Source: Phaeosaccion multiseriatum (lineage: Eukaryota; Protista; Ochrophyta, other classes). Taken from it: 64,000 nucleotides of DNA. Below are positions 63,667 to 64,000 of the stretch, piece after piece (within the stretch, counting starts at the first letter, position 1; every line of letters starts with the position of its first letter). The DNA lies in NCBI GenBank assembly GCA_965112735.1, contig OZ218950.1, positions 434,001-498,000 on the forward strand, written 5' to 3'. The translations under genes and the position numbers were made by a program. Under the pieces are notes generated by a model. The model saw only the letters and a program-made list of their open reading frames with translations, ran no database searches and had not been told where the DNA came from.

Positions 63667-64000
63667 GTAATGTACTTGATGTGTGTGTGTGTGCATCTAT
63701 TTGTGTTGTGTGGCGTTGCGTGCATCTCTCTCTCTGTGTGTGCGTGCATCTATGTCTATGTGTGTATGGCCGTTCATCTCTCTCTGTGTGTGAGAGTGCA
63801 TCCATGTGTTGTGTGTGCGTACATCTATGTGTTGTGTGCGTGCATCTATGTGGCATCTCTGTGTGTGTGTGCGTGCATCTACGTGTTTCTGCGCGTGCAT
63901 CTATGTTGTGTATATAGTGTGTACGCGTACATCTATGTGTGTTGTGTGTGCGTGGAGTGTCTCAGTGTGCATGCGTGCATCTATGTGTGTGTACGTGCAT

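Overview
Eukaryotic, intron-rich, microsatellite-laden genomic DNA, probably from a photosynthetic stramenopile (inferred from an ASAFAP-like 'VQA-F' bipartite leader, WRKY19-like Cys/His repeat genes and an ACL5-like aminopropyltransferase). Conserved genes: SVIP-like, NOP14, a cNMP-domain K+ channel, NOT2, adenylate kinase, an EF-hand + EML/WD40 protein, a SET-domain protein, RPS3 (hosting intronic snR38-like C/D snoRNAs) and a partial spermidine/thermospermine synthase. The first 34 kb also hold five copies of a gene made of 75-78 bp C-x4-C-x9-C-x2-H zinc-finger repeats. Main finding: one copy of this gene was hit repeatedly by a CRE-clade non-LTR retrotransposon (RT + restriction-like endonuclease + two RING-like fingers). 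All three copies with an intact 3' end sit antisense directly after the octamer GTGCGAGA (codons G-C-E-K), and two of them carry a GTGCGAGA target-site duplication. This looks like a sequence-specific retroelement whose target is a protein-coding repeat rather than rDNA, SL RNA, tRNA or telomeres. Further observations: fold-back 5' ends on truncated copies, two over-represented short motifs, a TIR element carrying a PHD fragment, and an orphan proteasome exon. Coordinates were read by eye; exon boundaries and family calls come from motif recognition, not database searches.
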